Assembly (NCBI GenBank): GCA_964016885.1
Contig: OZ024752.1
Span: 7,440,001 to 7,504,000 of the forward strand
Direction: 5' to 3'
DNA: 64,000 nucleotides
Source of the DNA: Eledone cirrhosa
Taxonomy: Eukaryota
Shown here one piece after another: positions 24,201-40,985 of this stretch (positions are counted from its first letter, which is position 1; the number at the start of each line of letters is the position of its first letter). The notes under the pieces are model-generated. The model saw only the letters and a program-made list of their open reading frames with translations. It was not told the DNA's origin and made no database searches. Made by a program: the position numbers and the translations under genes.

Positions 24201-27200
24201 TCTATATTACTACAATATCACACCACTGTGTTCCAGTCATGTCTCTCTCTATATTACTACAATATCACACCACTGTGTTCCAGTCATGTCTCTCTCTATA
24301 TTATTACAATATCACATCACTGTGTTCCAGTCATGTCTCTATATTACTACAATATCACACCACTGTGTTCCAGTCATGTCTCTCTCTATATTACTACAAT
24401 ATCACACCACTGTGTTCCAGTCATGTCTCTCTCTATATTACTACAATATCACACCACTGTGTTCCAGTCATGTCTCTATATTACTACAATATCACACTAC
24501 TGTGTTCCAGTCATGTCTATCTCTATATTACTACAATATCACACCACTGTGTTCCAGTCATGTCTCTATATTACTACAATATCACACCACTGTGTTCCAG
24601 TCATGTATATCTCTATATTACTACAATATCACACCACTGTGTTCCAGTCATGTCTCTATATTACTATAATATCACACCACTGTCTTCCAGTCTTGTCTCT
24701 ATATTCCTACAATATCACACCACTGTGTTCCAGTCATGTCTCTCTCTATATTACTACAATATCACACCACTGTGTTCCAGTCATGCCTCTATATTACTAC
24801 AATATCACACCACTGTGTTCCAGTCATGTCTCTCTCTATATTACTACAATATCACACCACTGTGTTCCAGTCATGTCTCTCTCTATATTATTACAATATC
24901 ACACCACTGTGTTCCAGTCATGTATCTCTCTATATTACTACAATATCACACCACTGTGTTCCAGTCATGTCTCTATATTACTACAATATCACACCACTGT
25001 GTTCCAGTCGCGTCTCTCTCTATATTACTACAATATCACACAACTGTGTTCCAGTCATGTCTCTATATTACTACAATATCACACCACTGTGTTCCAGTCT
25101 TGTCTGTCTCTATATTACTACAATATCACACCACTGTGTTCCAGTCTTGTCTGTCTCTATATTACTACAATATCACACCACTGTGTTCCAATCATGTCTC
25201 TATATTACTACAATATCACACCACTGTGTTCCAGTCATGTCTCTATATTACTACAATATCACACCACTGTGTTCCACTCTTGTCTCTCTCTATATTACTA
25301 CAATATCACACCACTGTGTTCCAGTCTTGTCTGTCTCTATATAACTACAATATCACACCACTGTGTTCCAGTCATGTCTCTATATTACTACAATATCACA
25401 CCACTGTATTCCAGTCTTGTCTATCTCTATATTACTACAATATCACACCACTGTGTTGCAGTCTTGTCTGTCTCTATGTTACTACAATATCACACCACTG
25501 TGTTCCAGTCATGTCTCTCTCTATATTACTACAATATCACACCACTGTGTTCCAGTCATGTCTCTATATTACTACAATATCACACCACTGTGTTCCAGTC
25601 TTGTCTGTCTCTATATTACTACAATATCACACCACTGTGTTCCAGTCATGTCTCTCTCTATATTACTACAATATCACACCACTGTGTTCCAGTCATATCT
25701 CTCTCTATATTACTACAATATCACACCACTGTGTTTCAGTCATGTCCCTCTCTATATTACTACAATATCACACCACTGTGTTGCAGTCTTGTCTGTCTCT
25801 ATGTTACTACAATATCACACCACTGTGTTCCAGTCATGTCTCTATATTACTACAATATCACACCACTGTGTTCCAGTCATGTCTCTCTCTATATTACTAC
25901 AATATCACACCACTGTGTTCCAGTCTTGTCTCTATATTACTACAATATCACACCACTGTGTTCCAGTCATGTCTCTCTCTATATTACTACAATATCACAC
26001 CACTGTGTTCCAGTCATGTCTCTCTCTATATTACTACAATATCACACCACTGTTTTCCAGTCATATCTCTCTCTATATTACTACAATATCACACCACTGT
26101 GTTCCAGTCATGTACCTCTCTATATTACTACAATATCACACCACTGTGTTGCAGTCATGTCTCTCTCTATGTTACTACAATATCACACCACTGTGTTCCA
26201 GTCATGTCTCTATATTACTACAATATCACACCACTGTGTTCCAGTCATGTCTCTCTCTATATTACTACAATATCACACCACTGTGTTCCAGTCATGTCTC
26301 TCTCTATATTACTACAATATCACACCACTGTGTTCCAGTCATGTCTCTATATTACTACAATATCACACCACTGTGTTCCAGTCATGTCACTCTCTATATT
26401 ACTACAATATCACACCACTGTGTTCCAGTCATGTCTCTATATTACTACAATATCACACCACTGTGTTCCAATCATGTCTCTATGTTACTACAATATCACA
26501 CCACTGTGTTCCAGTCATGTCTCTATATTACTACAATATCACACCACTGTGTTCCAGTCATGTCTCTCTCTATATTACTACAATATCACACCACTGTGTT
26601 CCAGTCTTGTCTGTCTCTATATTACTACAATATCACACCACTGTGTTCCAGTCATGTCTCTATATTACTACAATATCACACCACTGTGTTCCAGTCATGT
26701 CTCTATATTACTACAATATCACACCACTGTGTTCCAGTCATGTCTCTCTCTATATTACTACAATATCACACCACTGTGTTCCAGTCATGTCTCTATATTA
26801 CTACAATATCACACCACTGTGTTCCAGTCATGTCTCTATATTACTACAATATCACACCACTGTGTTCCAGTCATGTCTCTCTCTATATTACTACAATATC
26901 ACACCACTGTGTTCCAGTCATGTCTCTATATTACTACAATATCACACCACTGTGTTCCAATCATGTCTCTATATTACTACAATATCACACCACTGTGTTC
27001 CAGTCATGTCTCTATATTACTACAATATCACACCACTGTGTTCCAGTCATGTCTCTCTCTATATTACTACAATATTACACCACTGTGTTCCAGTCATGTC
27101 TCTCTCTATATTACTACAATATCACACCACTGTGTTCCAGTCTTGTCTGTCTCTATATTACTACAATATCACACCACTGTGTTCCAGTCATGTCTCTCTC

Positions 27201-30200
27201 TATATTACTACAATATCACACCACTGTGTTCCAGTCATGTCTCTATATTACTACAATATCACACCACTGTGTTCCAGTCATGTCTCTATATTACTACAAT
27301 ATCACACCACTGTGTTCCAGTCATGTCTCTCTCTATATTACTACAATATCACACCACTGTGTTCCAGTCATATCTCTCTCTATATTACTACAATATCACA
27401 CCACTGTGTTCCAGTCATGTCCCTCTCTATATTACTACAATATCACACCACTGTGTTCCAGTCATGTCTCTATATTACTACAATATCACACCACTGTGTT
27501 CCAGTCATGTCTCTCTCTATATTACTACAATATCACACCACTGTGTTCCAGTCTTGTCTCTATATTACTACAATATCACACCACTATGTTCCAGTCTTGT
27601 CTCTCTCTCTATATTACTACAATATCACACCACTGTGTTCCAGTCATGTCTCTCTCTATATTACTACAATATCACACCACTGTGTTCCAGTCTTGTCTCT
27701 ATATTACTACAATATCACACCACTATGTTCCAGTCTTGTCTCTCTCTCTATATTACTACAATATCACACCACTGTGTTCCAGTCATGTCTCTCTCTATAT
27801 TACTACAATATCACACCACTGTGTTCCAGTCTTGTCACTCTCTATATTACTACAATATCACACCACTGTGTTCCAGTCATGTCTCTCTCTATATTACTAC
27901 GATATCACACCACTGTATTCCAGTCATGTCTCTCTCTATATTACTACAATATCACACCACTGTGTTCCAGTGTTGTCTCTATATTACTACAACATCACAC
28001 CACTGTGTTCCAGTCATGTCTTTATATTACTACAATATCACACCACTGTGTTCCAGTCATGTCTCTCTCTATATTACTACGATATCACACCACTGTGTTC
28101 CAGTCATGTCTCTCTCTATATTACTACAATATCACACCACTGTGTTCCAGTCATGTCTCTATATTACTACAATATCACACCACTGTGTTCCAGTCATGTC
28201 TCTATATTACTACAATATCACACCACTGTGTTCCAGTCATGTCTCTCTCTATATTACTACAATATCACACCACTGTGTTCCAGTCATGTCTCTCTCTATA
28301 TTACTACAATATCACACCACTATGTTCCAGTCATATCTCTCTCTATATTACTACAATATCACACCACTGTGTTCCAGTCATGTCCCTCTCGATATTACTA
28401 CAATATCACACCACTGTGTTGCAGTCATGTCTCTCTCTATGTTACTACAATATCACACCACTGTGTTCCAGTCATGTCTCTATATTACTACAATATCACA
28501 CCACTGTGTTCCAGTCATGTCTCTCTCTATATTACTACAATATCACACCACTGTGTTCCAGTCTTGTCTCTATATTACTACAATATCACACCACAGTGTT
28601 CCAGTCATGTCTCTCTCTATATTACTACAATATCACACCACTGTGTTCCAGTCATGTCTCTCTCTATATTACTACAATATCACACCACTGTGTTCCAGTC
28701 TTGTCTCTATATTACTACAATATCACACCACTGTGTTCCAGTCATGTCTCTCTCTATATTACCACAATATCACACCACTGTGTTCCAGACTTGTCTCTAT
28801 ATTACTACAATATCACACCACAGTGTTCCAGTCATGTCTCTCTCTATATTACTACAATATCACACCACTGTGTTCCAGTCTTGTCTCTATATTACTACAA
28901 TATCACACCACTGTGTTCCAGTCATGTCTCTCTCTATATTACTACAATATCACACCACTATGTTCCAGTCTTGTCTCTCTCTATATTACTACAATATCAC
29001 ACCACTGTGTTCCAGTCTTGTCTCTATATTACTACAATATCACACCACAGTGTTCCAGTCATGTCTCTCTCTATATTACTACAATATCACACCACTGTGT
29101 TCCAGTCTTGTCTCTATATTACTACAATATCACACCACTGTGTTCCAGTCATGTCTCTCTCTATATTACTACAATATCACACCACTGTGTTCCAGTCATG
29201 TCTCTCTCTATATTACTACAATATCACACCACTGTGTTCCAGTCATGTCTCTCTCTATATTACTACAATATCACACCACTGTGTTCCAGTCATGTCTCTC
29301 TCTATATTACTACAATATCACACCACTGTGTTCCAGTCATGTCTCTCTCTATATTACTATAATGTCACACCACTGTGTTCCAATCATGTCTCTATATTAC
29401 TACAATATCACACCACTGTGTTCCAGTCTTGTCTCTATATTACTACAATATCACACCACTGTGTTCCAGTCATGTCACTCTCTATATTACTACAATATCA
29501 CACCACTGTGTTCCAGTCATGTCTCTATATTACTACAATATCACACCACTGTGTTCCAGTCTTGTCTCTATATTACTACAATATCACACCACTGTGTTCC
29601 AGTCTTGTCTCTATATTACAACAATATCACATCACTGTGTTCCAATCATGTCTCTATATTACTACAATATCACACCACTGTGTTCCAGTCTTGTCTCTAT
29701 ATTGCTACAATATCACACCACTGTGTTCCAGTCATGTCTCTCTCTATATTACTACAATATCACACCACTGTGTTCCAGTCATGTCTCTCTCTATATTACT
29801 ACAATATCACACCACTGTGGTCCAGTCTTGTTTCTCTCTATATTACTACAATATCACACCACTGTTTTCCAGTCATGTCTCTCTCTATATTAATACAATA
29901 TCACACCACTGTGTTCCAGTCATATCTCTCTCTATATTACTACAATATCACACCACTGTGTTCCTGTCATGTCTCTATATTACTACAATATCACACCACT
30001 GTGTTCCAGTCATATCTCTCTCTATATTACTACAATATCACACCACTGTGTTCCAGTCTTGTCTCTATATTACTACAATATCACACCACTGTGTTCCAGT
30101 CATGTCTCTCTCTATATTACTACAATATCACACCACTGTGTTCCAGTCTTGTCTCTATATTACTACAATATCACACCACTGTGTTCCAGTCTTGTCTCTA

Positions 30201-33200
30201 TATTACTACAATATCACACCACTGTGTTCCAGTCTTGTCTCTATATTACTACAATATCACACCACTGTGTTACAGTCATGTCTCTATATTACTACAATAT
30301 CACACCACTGTGTTCCAGTCTTGTCTCTATATTACTACAATATCACACCACTGTGTTCCAGTCATGTCTCTCTCTATATTACTACAATATCACACCACTG
30401 TGTTCCAATCATGTCTCTATATTACTACAATATCACACCACTGTGTTCCAGTCTTGTCTCTATATTACTACAATATCACACCACTGTGTTCCAGTCATGT
30501 CTCTCTCTATATTACTACAATATCACACCACTGTGTTCCAGTCATGTCTCTCTCTATATTACTACAATATCACACCACTGTGGTCCAGTCTTGTCTCTCT
30601 CTATATTACTACAATATCACACCACTGTGTTCCAGTCATGTCTCTCTCTATATTACTACAATATCACACCACTGTGTTCCAGTCATGTCTCTATATTAGT
30701 ACAATATCACACCACTGTGTTCCAGTCATGTCTCTCTCTATATTACTACAATATCACACCACTGTGTTCCAGTCTTGTCTATCTCTATATTACTACAATA
30801 TCACACCACTGTGTTCCAGTCTTGTCTCGCTCTATATTACTACAATATCACACCACTGTGTTCCTGTCATGTCTCTATATTACTACAATATCACACCACT
30901 GTGTTCCAGTCTTGTCTCTATATTACTACAATATCACACCACTGTGTTCCAGCCATGTCTCTCTCTATATTACTACGATATCACACCACTATGTTCCAGT
31001 CATGTCTCTCTCTATATTACTACAATATCACACCACTGTGTTCCAGTCTTGTCTATCTCTATATTACTACAATATCACACCACTATGTTCCAGTCATGTC
31101 TCTATATTACTACAATATCACACCACTATGTTCCAGTCATGTCTCTCTCTATATTACTACAATATCACACCACTGTGTTCCAGTCATGTCTCTCTCTATA
31201 TTACTACAATATCACACCACTGTGTTCCAGTCTTGTCTCTATATTACTACAATATCACACCACTACGTTCCAGTCTTGTCTCTCTCTATATTACCACAAT
31301 ATCACACCACTGTGTTCCAGTCATGTCTCTCTCTATATTACTACAATATCACACCACTGTGTTCCAGTCATGTCTCTATATTACTACAATATCACACCAC
31401 TGTGTTCCAGTCATGTCTCTATATTACTACAATATCACACCACTATGTTCCAGTCTTGTCTCTCTCTATATTACTACAATATCACACCACTGTGTTCCAG
31501 TCATGTCTCTATATTACTACAATATCACACCACTGTGTTCCAGTCATGTCTCTCTCTATATTACTACAATATCACACCACTGTGGTCCAGTCTTGTCTCT
31601 CTCTATATTACTACAATATCACACCACTGTGTTCCAGTCTTGTCTATCTCTATATTACTACAATATCACACCACTATGTTCCAGTCATGTCTCTATATTA
31701 CTACAATATCACACCACTGTGTTCCAGTCTTGTCTATCTCTATATTACTACAATATCACACCACTATGTTCCAGTCATGTCTCTATATTACTACAATATC
31801 ACACACCTGTGGTCCAGTCTTGTCTCTCTCTATATTACTACAATATCACACCACTGTGTTCCAGTCATGTCTCTCTCTATATTACTACAATATCACACCA
31901 CTGTGGTCCAGTCTTGTCTCTCTCTATATTACTACGATATCACACCACTATGTTCCAGTCATGTCTCTCTCTATATTACTACAATATCACACCACTGTGT
32001 TCCAGTCTTGTCTATCTCTATATTACTACAATATCACACCACTGTGTTCCAGTCATGTCCCTCTCTATATTACTACGATATCACACCACTATGTTCCAGT
32101 CATGTCTCTCTCTATATTACTACAATATCACACCACTGTGTTCCAGTCATGTCTCTATATTACTACAATATCACACCACTGTGTTCCAGTCTTGTCTATC
32201 TCTATATTACTACAATATCACACCACTGTGTTCCTGTCATGTCTCTATATTACTACAATATCACACCACTGTGTTCCAGTCATGTCTCTATATTACTACA
32301 ATATCACACCACTGTGTTCCAGTCATGTCTCTATATTACTACAATATCACACCACTGTGTTCCAGTCATGTCACTCTCTATATTACTACAATATCACACC
32401 ACTGTGTTCCAGTCATGTCTCTATATTACTACAATATCACACCACTATGTTCCAATCATGTCTCTATATTACTACAATATCACACCACTGTGTTCCAGTC
32501 TTGTCTATCTCTATATTACTACAATATCACACCACTGTGTTCCAGTCATGTCTCTATATTACTACAATATCACACCACTGTGTTCCAGTCATATCTCTCT
32601 CTATATTACTACAATATCACACCACTGTGTTCCAGTCATGTCTCTCTCTATATTACTACAATATCACACCACTGTGTTCCAGTCTTGTCTATCTCTATAT
32701 TACTACAATATCACACCACTGTGTTCCAGTCATGTCTCGCTCTATATTACTACAATATCACACCACTGTCTTCCAGTCATGTCTCTATATTACTACAATA
32801 TCACACCACTGTGTTCCAGTCATGTCTCTCTCTATATTACTACAACATCACACCACTGTGTTCCAGTCTTGTCTCTATATTACTACAATATCACACCACT
32901 GTGTTCCAGTCATGTCTCTATATTACTACAATATCACACCACTATGTTCCAGTCTTGTCTCTCTCTATATTACTACAATATCACACCACTCTGTTCCAAT
33001 CATGTCTCTATATTACTACAATATCACACCACTGTGTTCCAGTCATGTCTGTCTCTATATTACTTCAATATCACACCACTGTGTTCCAGTCTTGTCTCTC
33101 TCTATATTACTACAATATCACACCACTGTTTTCCAGTCTTGTCTCTATATTACTACAATATCACACCACTGTGTTCCAGTCATGTCTCTCTCTATATTAC

Positions 33201-36200
33201 TACAATATCACACCACTGTGTTCCAGTCTTGTCTCTATATTACTACAATATCACACCACTGTGTTCCAGTCTTGTCTCTCTCTATATTACTACAATATCA
33301 CACCACTGTGTTCCAGTCTTGTCTCTATATTACTACAATATCACACCACTGTGTTCCAGCCATGTCTCTCTCTATATTACTACAATACCACACCACTGTG
33401 TTCCAGTCTTGTCTCTATATTACTACAATATCACACCACTGTGTTCCAGCCATGTCTCTCTCTATATTACTACAATATCACACCACTGTGTTCCAATCAT
33501 GTCTCTATATTACTACAATATCACACCACTGTGTTCCAGTCTTGTCTCTATATTACTACAATATCACACCACTGTGTTCCAGTCATGTCTCTCTCTATAT
33601 TACTACAATATCACACCACTGTGTTCCAGTCTTGTCTCTATATTACTACAATATCACACCACTATGTTCCAGTCTTGTCTCTCTCTCTATATTACTACAA
33701 TATCACACCACTGTGTTCCAGTCATGTCTCTCTCTATATTACTACAATATCACACCACTGTGTTCCAGTCATGTCTCTATATTACTACAATATCACACCA
33801 CTGTGTTCCAGTCATGTCTCTATATTACTACAATATCACACCACTATGTTCCAGTCTTGTCTCTCTCTATATTACTACAATATCACACCACTGTGTTCCA
33901 GTCATGTCTCTATATTACTACAATATCACACCACTGTGTTCCAGTCATGTCTCTCTCTATATTACTACAATATCACACCACTGTGGTCCAGTCTTGTCTC
34001 TCTCTATATTACTACAATATCACACCACTGTGTTCCAGTCTTGTCTATCTCTATATTACTACAATATCACACCACTGTGTTCCAGTCATGTCTCTATATT
34101 ACTACAATATCACACCACTGTGGTCCAGTCTTGTCTCTCTCTATATTACTACAATATCACACCACTGTGTTCCAGTCATGTCTCTCTCTATATTACTACA
34201 ATATCACACCACTGTGGTCCAGTCTTGTCTCTCTCTATATTACTACGATATCACACCACTATGTTCCAGTCATGTCTCTCTCTATATTACTACAATATCA
34301 CACCACTGTGTTCCAGTCTTGTCTATCTCTATATTACTACAATATCACACCACTGTGTTCCAGTCATGTCTCTATATTACTACAATATCACACCACTGTG
34401 TTCCAGTCTTGTCTATCTCTATATTACTACAATATCACACCACTGTGTTCCTGTCATGTCTCTATATTACTACAATATCACACCACTGTGTTCCAGTCAT
34501 GTCTCTATATTACTACAATATCACACCACTGTGTTCCAGTCATGTATCTATATTACTACAATATCACACCACTGTGTTCCAGTCATGTCACTCTCTATAT
34601 TACTACAATATCACACCACTGTGTTCCAGTCATGTCTCTATATTACTACAATATCACACCACTGTGTTCCAATCATGTCTCTATATTACTACAATATCAC
34701 ACCACTGTGTTCCAGTCTTGTCTATCTCTATATTACTACAATATCACACCACTGTGTTCCAGTCATGTCTCTATATTACTACAATATCACACCACTGTGT
34801 TCCAGTCATATCTCTCTCTATATTACTACAATATCACACCACTGTGTTCCAGTCATATCTCTCTCTATATTACTACAATATCACACCACTATGTTCCAGT
34901 CATGTCTCTCTCTATATTACTACAATATCACACCACTGTTTTCCAGTCTTGTCTATCTCTATATTACTACAATATCACACCACTGTGTTCCAGTCATGTC
35001 TCGCTCTATATTACTACAATATCACACCACTGTCTTCCAGTCATGTCTCTATATTACTACAATATCACACCACTATGTTCCAGTCTTGTCTCTCTCTATA
35101 TTACTACAATATCACACCACTGTGTTCCAGTCATGTCTCTCTCTATATTACTACAATATCACACCACTGTGTTCCAGTCATGTCTCTCTCTATATTACTA
35201 CAACATCACACCACTGTGTTCCAGTCTTGTCTCTATATTACTACAATATCACACCACTGTGTTCCAGTCATGTCTCTATATTACTACAATATCACACCAC
35301 TATGTTCCAGTCTTGTCTCTCTCTATATTACTACAATATCACACCACTGTGTTCCAATCATGTCTCTATATTACTACAATATCACACCACTGTGTTCCAG
35401 TCATGTCTGTCTCTATATTACTACAATATCACACCACTGTGTTCCAGTCTTGTCTCTCTCTATATTACTACAATATCACACCACTGTGTTCCAGTCTTGT
35501 CTCTATATTACTACAATATCACACCACTGTGTTCCAATCATGTCTCTCTCTATATTACTACAATATCACACCACTGTGTTCCAGTCTTGTCTCTATATTA
35601 CTACAATATCACACCACTGTGTTCCAGTCTTGTCTCTCTCTATATTACTACAATATCACACCACTGTGTTCCAGTCTTGTCTCTATATTACTACAATATC
35701 ACACCACTGTGTTCCAGCCATGTCTCTCTCTATATTACTACAATATCACACCACTGTGTTCCAGTCTTGTCTCTATATTACTACAATATCACACCACTGT
35801 GTTCCAGCCATGTCTCTCTCTATATTACTACAATATCACACCACTGTGTTCCAATCATGTCTCTATATTACTACAATATCACACCACTGTGTTCCAGTCT
35901 TGTCTCTATATTACTACAATATCACACCACTGTGTTCCAGCCATGTCTCTCTCTATATTACTACAATATCACACCACTGTGTTCCAATCATGTCTCTATA
36001 TTACTACAATATCACACCACTGTGTTCCAGTCATGTCTCTATATTACTACAATATCACACCACTGTGTTCCAGTCATGTCTCTCTCTATATTACTACAAT
36101 ATCACACCACTGTGTTCCAGCCATGTCTCTCTCTATATTACTACAATATCACACCACTGTGTTCCAATCATGTCTCTATATTACTACAATATCACACCAC

Positions 36201-39200
36201 TGTGTTCCAGTCATGTCTCTATATTACTACAATATCACACCACTGTGTTCCAGCCATGTCTCTCTCTATATTACTACAATATCACACCACTGTGTTCCAG
36301 TCATGTCTCTATATTACTACAATATCACACCACTGTGGTCCAGTCTTGTCTCTCTCTATATTACTACAATATCACACCACTGTGTTACAGTCTTGTCTCT
36401 CTCTATATTACTACAATATCACACCACTGTGTTCCAGTCTTGTCTCTCTCTATATTACTACAATATCACACCACTGTGTTCCAATCATGTCTCTCTCTAT
36501 ATTACTACAATATCACACCACTGTGTTCCAATCATGTCTGTCTCTATATTACTACAATATCACACCACTGTGTTCCAGTCATGTCTCTCTCTATATTACT
36601 ACAATATCACACCACTGTGTTCCAGTCATATCTCTCTCTATATTACTACAATATCACACCACTGTGTTCCAGTCATGTCTCTCTCTATATTACTACAATA
36701 TCACACCACTGTGTTCCAGTCATGTCTCTCTCTATATTACTACAATATCACACCACTGTGTTCCAGTCATATCTCTCTCTATATTACTACAATATCACAC
36801 CACTGTGTTCCAATCATGTCTCTATATTACTACAACATCACACCACTGTGTTCCAGTCATGTCTCTCTCTATATTACTACAATATCACACCACTGTGTTC
36901 CAATCATGTCTCTATATTACTAAAATATCACACCACTGTGTTCCAATCATGTCTCTATATTACTACAATATCACACCACTGTGTTCCAGTCATGTCTCTC
37001 TCTATATTACTACAATATCACACCACTGTGTTCCAGTCATGTCTCTCTCTATATTACTACAATATCACACCACTGTGTTCCAGTCTTGTTTGTCTCTATA
37101 TTACTACAATATCACACCACTGTGTTCCAGTCTTGTCTATCTCTATATTACTACAATATCACACCACTGTGTTCCAGTCATGTCTCTATATTACTACAAT
37201 ATCACACCACTGAGTTCCAGTCATGTCTCTATATTACTACAATATCACACCACTATGTTCCAGTCTTGTCTCTCTCTATATTACTACAATATCACACCAC
37301 TGTGTTCCAGTCATGTCTCTATATTACTACAATATCACACCACTGTGTTCCAGTGTTGTCTCTATATTACTACAATGTCACACCACTATGTTCCAGTCAT
37401 GTCTCTCTCTATATTACTACAATATCACACCACTATGTTCCAGTCATGTCTCTCTCTATATTACTACAATATCACACCACTGTGTTCCAGTCATGTCTCT
37501 CTCTATATTACTACAATATCACACCACTGTGTTCCAGTCATGTCTCTATATTACTACAATATCACACCACTGTGTTCCAGTAATATCTCTATATTACTAC
37601 AATATCACACCACTGTGTTCCAGTCATGTCTCTATATTACTACAATATCACACCACTATGTTCCAATCATGTCTCTATATTACTACAATATCACACCACT
37701 GTGTTCCAGTCATGTCTCTATATTACTACAATATCACACCACTGTGTTCCAGTCATGTCTCTATATTACTACAATATCACACCACTATGTTCCAATCATG
37801 TCTCTATATTACTACAATATCACACCACTGTGTTCCAGTCATATCTCTATATTACTACAATATCACACCACCATGTTCCAATCATGTCTCTATATTACTA
37901 CAATATCACACCACTGTGTTCCAGTCATGTCTCTATATTACTAAAATATCACACCACTGTGTTCCAGTCATGTCTCTATATTACTACAATATCACACCAC
38001 TGTGTTCCAGTCATGTCTCTATATTACTACAATATCACACCACTGTGTTCCAGTCATGTCTCTATATTACTACAATATCACACCACTGTGTTCCAGTCAT
38101 GTCTCTATATTACTACAATATCACACCACTATGTTCCAATCATGTCTCTATATTACTACAATATCACACCACTGTGTTCCAGTCATGTCTCTATATTACT
38201 ACAATATCACACCACCATGTTCCAATCATGTCTCTATATTACTACAATATCACACCACTGTGTTCCAGTCATGTCTCTATATTACTACAATATCACACCA
38301 CTATGTTCCAATCATGTCTCTATATTACTACAATATCACACCACTATGTTCCAGTCATGTCTCTCTCTATATTACTACAATATCACACCACTGTGTTCCA
38401 GTCATGTCTCTCTCTATATTACTACAATATCACACCACTGTGTTCCAGTCATGTCTCTATATTACTACAATATCACACCACTGTGTTCCAGTCTTGTCTC
38501 TCTCTATATTACTACAATATCACACCACTGTGTTCCAGTCTTGTCTCTCTCTATATTACTACAATATCACACCACTGTGTTACAGTCTTGTCTCTCTCTA
38601 TATTACTACAATATCACACCACTATGTTCCAGTCTTGTCTCTCTCTATATTACTACAATATCACACCACTGTGTTACAGTCTTGTCTCTCTCTATATTAC
38701 TACAATATCACACCACTATGTTCCAGTCTTGTCTCTCTCTATATTACTACAATATCACACCACTATGTTCCAGTCTTGTCTCTCTCTATATTACTACAAT
38801 ATCACACCACTGTGGTCCAGTCTTGTCTCTCTCTATATTACTACAATATCACACCACTGTGTTCCAGTCTTGTCTCTATATTACTACAATATCACACCAC
38901 TGTGGTCCAGTCTTGTCTCTCTCTATATTACTACAATATCACACCACTGTGTTCCAGTCTTGTCTCTATATTACTACAATATCACACCACTGTGTTCCAG
39001 TCTTGTCTCTATATTACTACAATATCACACCACTGTGTTCCAGTCTTGTCTCTATATTATTACAATATCACACCACTGTGGTCCAGTCTTGTCTCTCTCT
39101 ATATTACTACAACATCACACCACTGTGTTCCAGTCTTGTCTCTATATTACTACAATATCACACCACTGTATTCCAGTCATGTCTCTCTCTATATTACTAC

Positions 39201-39203
39201 AAT
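15212..39203 (+). repeat. Satellite array, 43/47-bp units (ctatattactacaatatcacaccactgtgttccagtcatgtct[ctct]), roughly 530 copies
   Basis: Direct tandem periodicity; units differ by a (CT)2 indel and point variants. Confidence 0.98.
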
Positions 39204-40611
39204 ATTGTAGTACTATAGCGACATGACTGGAACACAGTGGTGTGATATTGTAGTAATATAGAGAGAGACATGACTGGAACACAGTGGTGTGATATTGTAG
39301 TAATATAGAGAGAGACATGACTGGAACACAGTGGTGTGATATTGTAGTAATATAGAGAGAGACAAGACTGGAACACAGTGATGTGATATTGTAGTAATAT
39401 AGAGAGAGACATGACTGGAACACAGTGGTGTGATATTGTAGTAATATAGAGAGAGACAAGACTGGAACACAGTGGTGTGATATTGTAGTAATATAGAGAG
39501 AGACATGACTGGAACACAGTGGTGTGATATTGTAGTAATATAGAGAGAGACATGACTGGAACACAGTGGTGTGATATTGTAGTAATATAGAGAGAGACAT
39601 GACTGGAACACAGTGGTGTGATATTGTAGTAATATAGAGATAGACATGACTGGAACACAGTGGTGTGATATTGTAGTAATATAGAGAGAGACAAGACTGG
39701 AACACAGTGGTGTGATATTGTAGTAATATAGAGAGAGACATGACTGGAACACAGTGGTGTGATATTGTAGTAATATAGAGACATGACTGGAACACAGTGG
39801 TGTGATGTTGTAGTAATATAGAGAGATACAAGACTGTGACACAGTGGTGTGATATTGTAGTAATATAGAGACGGACATGACTGGAACACAGTGGTGTGAT
39901 ATTGTAGTAATATAGAGAGAGACATGACTGGAACACAGTGGTGTGATATTGTAGTAATATAGAGACAGACAAGACTGGAACACAGTGGTGTGATATTGTA
40001 GTAATATAGAGAGAGACAAGACTGGAACACAGTGGTGTGATATTGTAGTAATATAGAGAGAGACAAGACTGGAACACAGTGGTGTGATATTGTAGTAATA
40101 TAGAGAGAGACAAGACTGGAACACAGTGGTGTGATATTGTAGTAATATAGAGAGAGACAAGACTGGAACACAGTGGTGTGATATTGTAGTAATATAGAGA
40201 GAGACAAGACTGGAACACAGTGGTGTGATATTGTAGTAATATAGAGACATGACTGGAACACAGTGGTGTGATATTGTAGTAATATAGAGAGAGACATGAC
40301 TGGAACACAGTGGTGTGATATTGTAGTAATATAGAGAGAGACATGATTGGAACACAGTGGTGTGATATTGTAGTAATATAGAGACAGACAAGACTGGAAC
40401 ACAGTGGTGTGATATTGTAGTAATATAGAGAGAGACATGACTGGAACACAGTGGTGTGATATTGTAGTAATATAGAGAGAGACATGACTGGAACACAGTG
40501 GTGTGATATTGTAGTAATATAGAGAGAGACATGACTGGAACACAGTGGTGTGATATTGTAGTAATATAGAGACATGACTGGAACACAGTGGTGTGATATT
40601 GTAGTAATATA
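39204..40611 (-). repeat. Same satellite in inverted orientation (~30 units)
   Basis: Units read gacatgactggaacacagtggtgtgatattgtagtaatatagag; palindromic junction tactacaat|attgtagta. Confidence 0.97.
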
Positions 40612-40985
40612 TTTCTTAACATTGACTTCTCTTCTAACCCACATACACCTTTTAATTATATATATATACTAGCAGCTGAAAGTTAATAATTTGAAAAAAA
40701 AAATATTATTGGAAGTTTACTATAAAGACACAGTATCAGGGGAAAAAAAAACAAAACAAAAACGTTATTTCGCTGTTAATAAACAACTGCCTTCTACAGT
40801 ACGTTTCATTTAACTTACGCAGCATATTTATTTGTTTACATGCACAGACTCTTCTACACACACACAACACTTAGGAAAACGGAAACAAAATACACAAAAA
40901 AAACAAAACAAAAAAACAGAGATTTTATTTCTATCGTAATCAAGTGCGCTAAACCTATATTGTTTACATTCGTGTTTTTCTACGG

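Noticed and set aside
15212-40611. CRISPR-like array
   Set aside because: No unique spacers, no cas genes, eukaryotic context.
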